DNA of 64,000 nt from an uncultured Candidatus Saccharibacteria bacterium (GTDB lineage Bacteria; Patescibacteriota; Minisyncoccia; Ryanbacterales; GWA2-47-10b). The notes beneath the pieces are model-generated. The model was given only the letters and a program-made list of their open reading frames with translations, had not been told where the DNA came from and searched no databases. Each line of letters opens with the position of its first letter. Positions within the stretch are counted from its first letter, which is position 1. Below, in pieces: positions 31,128 through 39,282 of the stretch. The position numbers and the translations under genes were made by a program. The stretch covers positions 148,522-212,521 of the forward strand of contig CAYHJF010000002.1 of the NCBI GenBank assembly GCA_964356915.1, in the 5' to 3' direction.

Positions 31128-31849
31128 AACGTTTTTCCCTTCTGCGTAATATCAAGATATGTCTGTTCAAGTTTTTTTCCTCCCTCTGTAAAATCACTCT
31201 TACTCCCGATCGCAGCAATTTTTCCTTTATCAATGATCGCGATGCGCTTACAAAGCATCTCTACTTCTTCAAGATAGTGGGATGTAAAAAGAATAGTCTT
31301 CCCTGCGGCATTTAATTCTTGCAAATATCTCCATAAATCATGCCTCAACTCAACATCAACGCCCGCCGTCGGCTCATCAAGAATCAGAAGATCTGGATCA
31401 TGAATCATGGCGCGAGCTAACATTACTCGACGCTTCAGTCCACCGGAAAGTGCCTGAAATGGCTTTGAAGCATGCGCCGTAAGTTCAAAACGCTCCAAAA
31501 CCTCATCAATGCGCCGCAAACGCTCTAGACGCGGCATACCATAAAATCCACCGACATAATAAAGAATGTCACGAGGTTTTGCAAAAATATCAATATTAAA
31601 TTCCTGTGGGGCAAGACCGATTTTCTTTCGCGCCTCTCGATACTCTTTTACTACATCGATGCCAAACACACTGATAGACCCGGACTGAAAAAGACCGATT
31701 CCGGTTATGCATTTAATCGTTGTCGTCTTCCCTGCTCCATTTGGACCAAGAAACCCAAAAAAATCTCCCTGCTCAATAGTTAACGATATATCATCAACTG
31801 CAACCATTGAGTCATATTTTTTTGTTAGATGATTGATTTCGAGAGCATT
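31124..31849 (-). CDS. ABC transporter ATP-binding protein
   Basis: Walker A 'GPNGAGKTT', signature 'LSGGLKRR', Walker B 'LLILDEPT'. Confidence 0.85.
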   Translation of the reverse strand, partial: NALEINHLTKKYDSMVAVDDISLTIEQGDFFGFLGPNGAGKTTTIKCITGIGLFQSGSISVFGIDVVKEYREARKKIGLAPQEFNIDIFAKPRDILYYVGGFYGMPRLERLRRIDEVLERFELTAHASKPFQALSGGLKRRVMLARAMIHDPDLLILDEPTAGVDVELRHDLWRYLQELNAAGKTILFTSHYLEEVEMLCKRIAIIDKGKIAAIGSKSDFTEGGKKLEQTYLDITQKGKTL

Positions 31850-31922
31850 CATAGAAATATATTGCGTAGCATAGCGCAAAAATACTCTTGGGACAACCTT
31901 TGGAGCATGATATACTCTGAAA

Positions 31923-33140
31923 ATGAACGTAGATTTAGTAACGCAAGGATTTCTCTCAAGCTTTCAATTCGCCGACTTTCTCGACGTTATTATTATTGCC
32001 ATCCTCGTATACTCAGGCATTATATTTTTCAAACAAACGCGCTCTCTGCTCGTACTCACCGGCATCGGCATCATTCTTGGTCTCTATGGTTTTGCTCGCG
32101 TATTCAATCTTTATCTCACGACTATCGTTTTTCAATCCTTTTTCAGCGTTTTCCTTGTCATCCTTGCAGTTGTATTCCAGGACGAAATTCGACGCTACCT
32201 TGAATTCATCGCATCTCTGAGTACCCGCCAACGTCATGCTGAACCACTCCAAACAAACTCCGAATCCTTTGAAGCAATTCTGCAGGCCATCGCGCACCTT
32301 GCTCATCAAAAACATGGAGCACTTATTGTTATTCGAGGTCATGAGCCCATAGATCGACACCTTGAAGGCGGATCTCCGCTCGACGGAGTCATATCTGAAG
32401 AACTTATTGAAAGTATTTTTGATCCTACATCCCCTGGACATGACGGCGCTATCGTCATTAACCGCGAACGTATTGCTACCATGGGAACTCACCTACCACT
32501 TTCCAATAACTTTCCCGAAATCGGCAAACATGGCACACGACACTCCGCAGCTCTCGGCATCGCAGAACGTACGGATGCATTTGCAATCGTTGTCTCCGAA
32601 GAACAAGGAACAATTTCTATTGCGCGAGATGGAAAATTAGAAACCTGTGCTGACGTAGAAGCACTGCGACAAAACCTCAATGGCTTCCTTAAAATCAAGT
32701 GGCCCGAGGAGACATATCGTCCGTGGGAACGAATCATCAAACAAAATTCCGTAGAAAAGATCATTGCGACTGGGATCTCAGTCTCACTATGGTTTTTTGT
32801 AGCCCTCCGCGCAGACATCGTACAGCGAGAATTTACTGTACCAATCGCCTATCAAAATGTACCTGAAAATATTATTGTCGAGGAAGCTCGTCCCAAAGAA
32901 ATCACTGTCACCCTTGAAGGCCGAGGAACATCTGCATTTGAGCAACTCGTGCCCGAAGATCTTGGCGTCATCCTTGATGGTCAAACATTTCAGCCCGGTA
33001 CCACGGAGGTCACTGTTGGGGAAAACATGATTACGCATCCAAATACTTTTTCAGTAATCAAAATCCGTCCTCAAAAAATTAAAATCATCACCCGACTTGA
33101 CCAGCAAACTGAAATCAAGTCACAAAATACGCTCCGCTAG
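31923..33140 (+). CDS. cdaA: Diadenylate cyclase CdaA fused to a C-terminal YbbR/CdaR-like domain
   Basis: N-terminal TM helices; DAC motifs 'HDGAIVIN' and 'GTRHSAALGIAERTDAFAIVVSEEQGTIS'; an extra ~130-aa beta-rich C-terminal domain. Confidence 0.7.
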   Translation: MNVDLVTQGFLSSFQFADFLDVIIIAILVYSGIIFFKQTRSLLVLTGIGIILGLYGFARVFNLYLTTIVFQSFFSVFLVILAVVFQDEIRRYLEFIASLSTRQRHAEPLQTNSESFEAILQAIAHLAHQKHGALIVIRGHEPIDRHLEGGSPLDGVISEELIESIFDPTSPGHDGAIVINRERIATMGTHLPLSNNFPEIGKHGTRHSAALGIAERTDAFAIVVSEEQGTISIARDGKLETCADVEALRQNLNGFLKIKWPEETYRPWERIIKQNSVEKIIATGISVSLWFFVALRADIVQREFTVPIAYQNVPENIIVEEARPKEITVTLEGRGTSAFEQLVPEDLGVILDGQTFQPGTTEVTVGENMITHPNTFSVIKIRPQKIKIITRLDQQTEIKSQNTLR

Positions 33141-34306
33141 TTTTTCCGATATTCTTTCTCCAACTCCTCGAGCGCGCCTGCTTTGATGGCAGCTCGAATT
33201 TTACTCATCAAATCATTGAAAAAAAACACATTGTGCATCGTAGCAAAACGTCCTGCTTCGAGATTTTCTGCCTTAAACAACGCGCGTAATTCTCCTTTAG
33301 AAAGTTTCATGGTTCCGCACACAGGACATAAACACTCTGAATCAATCACCTCTCGGTCATCTTGATATCGTCCTTTGTGCAAATCAATACGTTCGCGACG
33401 CGTCCACAATGCCCCATGACGCGCCTCTCTCGTTGGAATGACGCAATCAAAAGTATCTATTCCGCGCTTTACTCCTTCAAAAATATCATCGATTTTTCCG
33501 ATACCTAATAAATGCCTATGCCTGTTTTCTGGCAACAACGGCACAGTCCAATCAAGCTCTCGAAATGTATCGCCTTTCTCACTCCCATATGAACTCCCGA
33601 AAGCTCCGCCAATAGCAAATCCCTCAAATGACATCGCGCCAATCGCGCGAGCGCTCTCACGACGCAAATCTTCAAAGACGCCTCCCTGGACAACGCCAAG
33701 CATCAGCTGATCTTTCCTTATTCGTGCTCGCAATGAACGTTCAGCCCAGCGATGTGTGCGCTCCATCGATTCTTTTGTATACTCGTATGAATGCACGGGC
33801 GAAGTACATTCATCAAACGCAACAATAAGATCGGCGCCTAGCCTTTCCTGGATAGCAACTGATTTTTCAGCATCTAAAAAATGTTGTTCTCCTTTCTGAT
33901 CTAAAAACGAAACTCCTTCTTCGGAGATCGTAACTCTGTTCTCTCGATTCTCTTTTTCAAATCGTGGCGAACCTCCGACTTTCCCCGCACCTCCTTCTCT
34001 GGCAGCACCGAAACTAAAAACCTGAAACCCACCTGAATCTGTCATGAGCGAACCACTCCATCCCATTGATTGATGTAGGCCGGGGTACTCTCCGAGCCCC
34101 TTCTCACCAAGTGCTTGCCATAAATGATATGTATTGGCAATAATCATCTGCGTATGCGTCGTCACAAGATCTTCGGGCGTGAGCGTACGTACTTTTGCAT
34201 GCGTACCAACAATTACATACGCAGGCGTTTCGACAACGCCATGAGTCGTATGTAATCTGCCTGTACGAGCGCGCGTATTTTTATCTTTTGTGGTTACTTC
34301 AAACAT
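33137..34306 (-). CDS. tgt: Queuine tRNA-ribosyltransferase
   Basis: High conservation, including 'DCVIPTREARHG' and the zinc site 'CLCPVC'. Confidence 0.9.
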   Translation of the reverse strand: MFEVTTKDKNTRARTGRLHTTHGVVETPAYVIVGTHAKVRTLTPEDLVTTHTQMIIANTYHLWQALGEKGLGEYPGLHQSMGWSGSLMTDSGGFQVFSFGAAREGGAGKVGGSPRFEKENRENRVTISEEGVSFLDQKGEQHFLDAEKSVAIQERLGADLIVAFDECTSPVHSYEYTKESMERTHRWAERSLRARIRKDQLMLGVVQGGVFEDLRRESARAIGAMSFEGFAIGGAFGSSYGSEKGDTFRELDWTVPLLPENRHRHLLGIGKIDDIFEGVKRGIDTFDCVIPTREARHGALWTRRERIDLHKGRYQDDREVIDSECLCPVCGTMKLSKGELRALFKAENLEAGRFATMHNVFFFNDLMSKIRAAIKAGALEELEKEYRKN

Positions 34307-34332
34307 GGAATATCATCATAGCAGGAGTTCAC

Positions 34333-34524
34333 GTGCCAAAAAAGCCACGCGTAAAACCGCATCTCAAGTCTGTTCACGTAAAATCATTACGTGACCCAGT
34401 TTCTCAAAGGCGCTTCAAAAAAGCGCGCGCATATTGGACCGAGCAAGCACGTCCTCTCATCGAAGCGTGCGAAAACGCAGAACGTCTTACTGCCGCGGAT
34501 TACGCCATCCGTATCACTATATAG
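34333..34524 (+). CDS. Small basic hypothetical protein (63 aa)
   Basis: AGGAG RBS 6 nt before a GTG; followed directly by a terminator hairpin. Confidence 0.3.
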   Translation: MPKKPRVKPHLKSVHVKSLRDPVSQRRFKKARAYWTEQARPLIEACENAERLTAADYAIRITI

Positions 34525-34531
34525 GGAAAGA

Positions 34532-34560
34532 CCCAATCTCTGATTGGGTTATTTTTTAAT
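34532..34560. terminator. Bidirectional terminator hairpin
   Basis: CCCAATC-tct-GATTGGG followed by TTATTTTTT. It sits just 3' of the plus-strand small ORF and overlaps the last codons and stop of the minus-strand RT gene. Confidence 0.5.
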
Positions 34561-35565
34561 CCCCAAAGCCTGCGTCCCAAGATAACTTCTCACTTTTTCT
34601 GTAAGCCGGTAACAATTTCCATGCTTCAAAATACCGAAATACGATTGGATCGTTTCCTCATTTCTTTGTTTTCGTTCAAGCATTCGAAATATTCTCTTTC
34701 TCGTAACAGTTCTCAATATTCGATGGTAGGGAAAATGCAACCACCCAAGAAAATCTACACCCGAAGCAAATGTTTGTATAAATACCTTGTCGGGGTGTAG
34801 CTGAAGGCGCAATCGCTCCCATAAATAATTGCTGATTTTGGGAAGAATGACTTTAAGATACTCTTTATCTTGCGACAAAATCACAAAATCATCAGCATAG
34901 CGGGTATAGTATTTAGCTTTGAGTTTGTGTTTCATAAATTGGTCAAACTCATTCATATAGATATTTACAAGAAGCTGGCTCGTGAGATTGCCGAGCGGCA
35001 GCCCCTTGCCTTTTTCTGTTGAGTAAAAACTGTCGACGATTTGAGATATCAGCCAGACAATATCTTTATCGAGAATATAGCTATTAATTACCTCCGTGAG
35101 GACTTTCTGGTCAACGGAAGCAAAGAACTTGCGTATGTCGCATTTCAAAACCCAAATGGTTTTTGTGTTATTTTCTGATGCTCGATAGGCAAACTCTCGA
35201 AACCTATCCATTGCCTTGTGTGTTCCCTTACCCAATCTGCATGAATACGAATCGACCACGAATGTCTTACCAAAAAATGAATAAAGTTTTCGATATAGAG
35301 CATGGTGGAGTAGTCTGTCTCTCACACTTGCTTTGTGAATATTTCTCGGTTTTGGGTCGGAAATATTGAATGCTTCGTAAGAGGAATGCGTGTAGGTTTT
35401 TGCTTTTAAATCATTGTGAAGCAAGATGATGTTGCTTATGAGATAGAGCTCAAATTGCTGGACATCCTTGCGATGCCGTTTGCCACGCACAAATTCTCTC
35501 CACGCATCAAGGAAATTTTCGAGAGAAATGATATCATCGTAGGTATGAGTGAATTGCCGTTTCAT
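34549..35565 (-). CDS. Reverse transcriptase of a diversity-generating retroelement
   Basis: RT motifs including 'YTRYADDFVIL' (YADD). Motif 4 is 'LGNLTSQ', the DGR-type [ILV]GxxxSQ rather than the GxxxSP of group II and retron RTs. 338 aa. Adjacent TR/VR pair. Confidence 0.8.
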   Translation of the reverse strand: MKRQFTHTYDDIISLENFLDAWREFVRGKRHRKDVQQFELYLISNIILLHNDLKAKTYTHSSYEAFNISDPKPRNIHKASVRDRLLHHALYRKLYSFFGKTFVVDSYSCRLGKGTHKAMDRFREFAYRASENNTKTIWVLKCDIRKFFASVDQKVLTEVINSYILDKDIVWLISQIVDSFYSTEKGKGLPLGNLTSQLLVNIYMNEFDQFMKHKLKAKYYTRYADDFVILSQDKEYLKVILPKISNYLWERLRLQLHPDKVFIQTFASGVDFLGWLHFPYHRILRTVTRKRIFRMLERKQRNEETIQSYFGILKHGNCYRLTEKVRSYLGTQALGIKK

Positions 35566-35601
35566 AGAAATCTCGCCGGTACGCCCCCCCCCCGACAGGT
35601 T

Positions 35602-35964
35602 TTGCCTGTTTTACAGAAGCTGAAGGGCGCATATTTACTGTGGTACCAATATTACCAAGCATTACCCAAACTCCATCGGTATTCTCTCGGCAAAAGGGTA
35701 GATAATCTTTTTATAGAAAGCATTGAAGCTATCGCAAGTGCAAGCTTTCTTGTGCGAGAAGAAAAGATGCCGTATGTGCGTCTTGCCATTCGTAAAGTTG
35801 ATACACTCAAGATATTGTTGATGATTTTGTGGGAGACAAAATCTCTTGATAACAAGAAGTATGTGGCTGTTTCCATAAAGATTGATGAGATTGGGAAAAT
35901 GCTTGGAGGATGGAACGGACAGCTTACGAAACAAAACTCCCCGCCAAAAGCTAGGGAGAAATGA
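35602..35964 (+). CDS. Avd-like four-helix-bundle protein (23S-rRNA-IVS protein family), DGR accessory protein, on the opposite strand to the RT
   Basis: 'LPKLHRYSLGKRVDNLFIESIEAIASA' and the C-terminal 'EIGKMLGGW' match the Avd/IVS family pattern (FPK.E.Y.L..Q.RRAA.SI..NIAEG ... EI.KML). Start uncertain: TTG at 35602 or ATG at 35545. Confidence 0.6.
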   Translation: MPVLQKLKGAYLLWYQYYQALPKLHRYSLGKRVDNLFIESIEAIASASFLVREEKMPYVRLAIRKVDTLKILLMILWETKSLDNKKYVAVSIKIDEIGKMLGGWNGQLTKQNSPPKAREK

Positions 35965-35970
35965 AGAGAG

Positions 35971-36092
35971 TTGCGAGCCGCGCCGCAGGGTTGTTGTCGT
36001 TCCAGTCGTTGTCGAGCCAGCTATAGTTCCAGTTCCACCTGTCGTCATTGAAGTAGAGGTAGCGGACGTACAGGTTGCCATCCGAGTTGCGG
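35971..36092 (-). repeat. DGR template repeat (TR); sense strand is minus
   Basis: About 122 nt, near-identical to the 3' end of the 36454..36972 gene. Every one of the 19 mismatches sits where the TR has an adenine. Contains many AAC codons. Confidence 0.75.
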
Positions 36093-36330
36093 TGATGTAA
36101 AGCGTGCCGTCTGTGCCACTGCCCTTTGAATACTCTCGAGGCTGTATCGAATTCGGCATCTTCAATGCCTTAACACGCAATACCAAGTATCTTCATTTTT
36201 TAAGAGTTACCATCGTACCACTCTGCCTGAAACCGTAATCGCAGACACTCTCGGTATCGGGGATACTGGGTTCGGTAGCAAGAAACCATAGTCTCTCACA
36301 TATTCACCTACTGCCAAGAATATTTTAGCA

Positions 36331-36366
36331 TAAAAAATTACCCCCACATCGCGATGATGTGAGGGC
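36331..36366 (-). terminator. Rho-independent terminator downstream of the DGR target gene
   Basis: GGGGGTG-like stem CCCTCACATC/GATGTGGGGG followed by TAATTTTTTAT on the minus strand. Confidence 0.45.
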
Positions 36367-36453
36367 ACCCGTCAGAGGCTATTCGGGAAAGCCTTTTGCC
36401 GTTCAAAGGACCCAGTTCCAAGGTCAGAGACCAAAGGAACCGAGTCCCAAGAA

Positions 36454-36972
36454 CTAACTTGCGAGCCGCGCCGCAGGGCCGATGTCGTCCCAGTCGTCGT
36501 CGAGCCAGCTACAGGACCAGTCCCACCTGCCGCCATCGAAGTAGAGGCAGCGGACGAACAGGCGGCCACCCGAGCGGCGGTAGATGGTGCCCCAGAAGAA
36601 GACGGCTTTGCCTTTCCATTCCTCGGGGATGAGGTACTGGTTGGCGAGGAAGTAGTCGAGGACATTGGCGTTGAGCATCGGCTCACGCGCGAGCTCCTTT
36701 CGGAGCTTGTTGCCCTCGATGACCTTGCCGTCCTTCTGGTTCGGGGAGAGGTGGAGCGAGACCTTAGCGGGGCCCCACTCGAACTGGCCACCCTTCTTGT
36801 GCTCCTCGACCTTCCAGCCATCGGGCGTGAAAGGATCGACATCACAGTCGATGATGTGGCGGACGATGGTGACCTCCGCACGTCCTGAGAGGAGGCGGTG
36901 TACACCTTCCATACCACCCAGCTTGTTGACAATGGCTTCCACCTGTCCGAGATCCAGTTCTCCGTACTTCAC
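36454..36972 (-). CDS. DGR target protein (172 aa) with the variable repeat at its C-terminus; function unknown
   Basis: AAGGAG RBS 6 nt before a GTG at 36972; the longer track ORF begins at an upstream ATG. The C-terminal ~40 codons are the VR. GC-rich. No signal peptide. Confidence 0.65.
   Translation of the reverse strand: MKYGELDLGQVEAIVNKLGGMEGVHRLLSGRAEVTIVRHIIDCDVDPFTPDGWKVEEHKKGGQFEWGPAKVSLHLSPNQKDGKVIEGNKLRKELAREPMLNANVLDYFLANQYLIPEEWKGKAVFFWGTIYRRSGGRLFVRCLYFDGGRWDWSCSWLDDDWDDIGPAARLAS
36459..36580 (-). repeat. DGR variable repeat (VR)
   Basis: Counterpart of the TR; differs from it only at TR-adenine positions (A to G, C or T). Ends in the GC-rich 'CCCTGCGGCGCGGCTCGCAA' segment just before the stop. 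Confidence 0.75.
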
Positions 36973-37126
36973 GGTTATCTCCTTTCGAGCTGTTTGCCCG
37001 ATTGCTTCTTGCTTCCCGCAAGCTGAGGGGCGTATGGCGTTCATGCCACAGCAGAAAATGTCCTAGAAATGAGGCGCTTTCTGCTGTGGCAAGTCGCAAA
37101 TAGATATTTAAAGAGCTAACGGTTGC

Positions 37127-37155
37127 ATTGTACTATATAATCAGTATAATGTCAA
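37127..37155 (-). promoter_or_regulatory. Sigma-70-like promoter upstream of the DGR target gene
   Basis: TTGACA, then a 17-nt spacer, then TACAAT on the minus strand, about 150 nt upstream of the target start. The resulting 5' UTR contains a 12-bp inverted repeat (37037..37082). Confidence 0.4.
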
Positions 37156-37274
37156 TGGCTAAAATTGGCCTTATTTCTAGGGCTTTTTTGAATAAAAATC
37201 ATACGGATAAAAAACAAACGCTAGATATATTGGAGATTATTTGAGAAAAAGATTTTAAGTTGGGGAATATACGT

Positions 37275-37466
37275 TCAATCCCCAAAACTTGCTTCTTGTG
37301 GCTTGTCGTCGTCATGTGCATCAAACGCGCCATTATGTTTACCGCCCGTACAACGACACTCCGTGAGCGGTAATCCATGCTTTGGACAATGCGTTGCCTG
37401 ACATACGCCTGGCTTTTCTGATTCCCCTCGACATCCACCGGTACAAATATAATGAATATCTTCCAT
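37275..37466 (-). CDS. Small Cys/His-rich protein (63 aa), possibly metal-binding
   Basis: 'CTGGC...C..HC..H....C.C' arrangement; a terminator-like hairpin (GGGGATT...ATTCCCC plus T-run) follows on the minus strand. Confidence 0.35.
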   Translation of the reverse strand: MEDIHYICTGGCRGESEKPGVCQATHCPKHGLPLTECRCTGGKHNGAFDAHDDDKPQEASFGD

Positions 37467-37480
37467 AGGATTAGTATATA

Positions 37481-37684
37481 TTATTTTGATTGAGCAATCA
37501 TGCGCGCTACTTCATCGCGACTCATGAGATTGCGCTTCGTCACTTCTTCAGCAACAAGTTTTTTAACCATATCTTCCATCATACTTTTTGAATCCTGCGC
37601 CTGCTTCATAAGACCCTGAATTTGTTCGGGTGACATATTTTTCATCATTTCCTGTGCCGCACGTAACTGATCAAACATTCCCAT
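37481..37684 (-). CDS. Small hypothetical protein (~67 aa), Met/Gln-rich
   Basis: Trimmed to the internal Met to remove overlap with the upstream gene; no family recognised. Confidence 0.3.
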   Translation of the reverse strand: MGMFDQLRAAQEMMKNMSPEQIQGLMKQAQDSKSMMEDMVKKLVAEEVTKRNLMSRDEVARMIAQSK

Positions 37685-37697
37685 GATATTTTTATTT

Positions 37698-38018
37698 TTA
37701 CTTGATAATAACGCCTGAGATAACTTGTTTATCCGGAGTAAGAAGAACGGGACCATCAACGCCATCGGCCGCAAGAAGCATGCCTTGGCTCTCAAGACCC
37801 ATCAACGACCGTGGCGCTAGATTTGCAACAACAACGATCTGCCTACCAATAAGACTTTCTGGCTCATACGCCTTTCCGATACCCGCAACAAGCTGTCGTT
37901 CTTCTCCACCAATACGAATTTGAAGCTTTAAAAGTTTTTCGGAACCTTCAACTCGCTCAGCGGAAAGTACATCAGCAATTTTTAATTCTGTATTTTTAAA
38001 TTCATCATAAGAAATCAT
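37698..38018 (-). CDS. tRNA-binding domain protein (CsaA/Trbp111-like)
   Basis: 'ELKIADVLSAERVEGSEKLLKLQIRIGGEERQLVAGI...GRQIVVVANLAPRSLMGLESQGMLLAA' matches the OB-fold tRNA-binding domain. Confidence 0.7.
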   Translation of the reverse strand: MISYDEFKNTELKIADVLSAERVEGSEKLLKLQIRIGGEERQLVAGIGKAYEPESLIGRQIVVVANLAPRSLMGLESQGMLLAADGVDGPVLLTPDKQVISGVIIK

Positions 38019-38410
38019 ATACCACTCTTTGTACCAAATGCGAGCCGATACGCAAGCATCCCTGTAACCGCAAGCTGAACTGTTGGAGAAAGCCCCGTAC
38101 GAATAATGGGAATAATTGGCATCGTGGACGCATATGCCCATCTTCCCGTTTCAAGCGCCCACCACTCAATGCCAATCGCAAAAATAATCCATATGGGCAC
38201 AGCCCACAATAGCACGTTCTGTATTTTCAAGAACCGCAACACAACCAGCGTAAACCCAAGATACAGCATATCGACAAATGACGCGTGCAATAAAACAAAT
38301 TCAGTGATTAGACTTCCTTTATAGTGCACGTACAACACGTAATGTAGATTTTCCCATACCACATTGCAAAGAAACGCAACTCCAAAAAACGACGTCACGC
38401 GTCCACTCAT
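38015..38410 (-). CDS. Hypothetical integral membrane protein
   Basis: Four hydrophobic helices. Confidence 0.4.
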   Translation of the reverse strand: MSGRVTSFFGVAFLCNVVWENLHYVLYVHYKGSLITEFVLLHASFVDMLYLGFTLVVLRFLKIQNVLLWAVPIWIIFAIGIEWWALETGRWAYASTMPIIPIIRTGLSPTVQLAVTGMLAYRLAFGTKSGI

Positions 38411-39228
38411 GATTCAAGATTGTGTCCCACCCAAAAAGCGATCTCTTCAGAAACTCGATCTCCATCCAACGCATTTTTCCGTATGCTTTGCCCCTCAATC
38501 GTACGATCGAGATCGCTCAACGCGCGCTCATATACTGAAGCAACGTCCGGATTCTTACATACGACGCGCGCAAAACGTTCAAACGCCTCTACTTGAACCC
38601 TCGTTTCAAGCAACACCCGATCCCTCATGAGATGATGTCGCATATCCTCACCCTGTACCCAGGATCGCGCAACATTGTGCGTGGACTGTCGATCTCCTCC
38701 AACCACAACTCGAGGGACTCCTGACATCTCGCCTCTCATACCCAAAAAATTAGACTCAAAATATTTAATGCGAGTTAAATCACCAGAGCGTACTTCGTCT
38801 CGAATACGAAGAAGTTTTTCGGAAATATTTTTGCTGTACGTTACGTCAAACGCAAGCGCCATGTAAGACGCTGAGCGATCACCACGCTGAAACTCAATTG
38901 CCGCATCAACGCCATTAACAATGTCATCGAAGCGCGAAGTTTTTATCGTTGAAACCTGATCACCAAACCATTTACTAGTACGCACTCCGTCATGAACCAC
39001 CGCCTCTAAAACTGCCGCGAGTTTTGCGTTCTCTCTATCTTCAGGAGTTGCCCGTTCCGCGAATTGCTCCTCCCAACGCTTTACGCGCATAAGATCACGC
39101 TCAACATTATCTTGACCGTATAAATCAGCAAACACTAATGGATCGATCATGTCTTCGCGAAGCACTTCTTGAGCCCGTACATACGCGGTATCTAAAGGTG
39201 AAACGATTTCCATACCTCCTTCTTTCAT
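38407..39228 (-). CDS. Hypothetical protein (273 aa)
   Basis: Protein-like composition, operonic with neighbours; no family recognised. Confidence 0.4.
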   Translation of the reverse strand: MKEGGMEIVSPLDTAYVRAQEVLREDMIDPLVFADLYGQDNVERDLMRVKRWEEQFAERATPEDRENAKLAAVLEAVVHDGVRTSKWFGDQVSTIKTSRFDDIVNGVDAAIEFQRGDRSASYMALAFDVTYSKNISEKLLRIRDEVRSGDLTRIKYFESNFLGMRGEMSGVPRVVVGGDRQSTHNVARSWVQGEDMRHHLMRDRVLLETRVQVEAFERFARVVCKNPDVASVYERALSDLDRTIEGQSIRKNALDGDRVSEEIAFWVGHNLES

Positions 39229-39282
39229 ATGTTTTTCAGAAAAAATGATTATGATGCTAACGAATTTCTATAGAATAACCGC

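Noticed and set aside
35662-36186. 174-aa minus-strand ORF spanning the avd antisense strand and the TR
   Set aside because: Wrong-frame reading of the TR plus antisense of the Avd-like gene. It has a TTG start and no RBS.
36372-36932. 186-aa S/T/R-rich minus-strand ORF
   Set aside because: Alternative frame of the DGR target gene. The frame with the RBS and a globular composition is 36454..36972.
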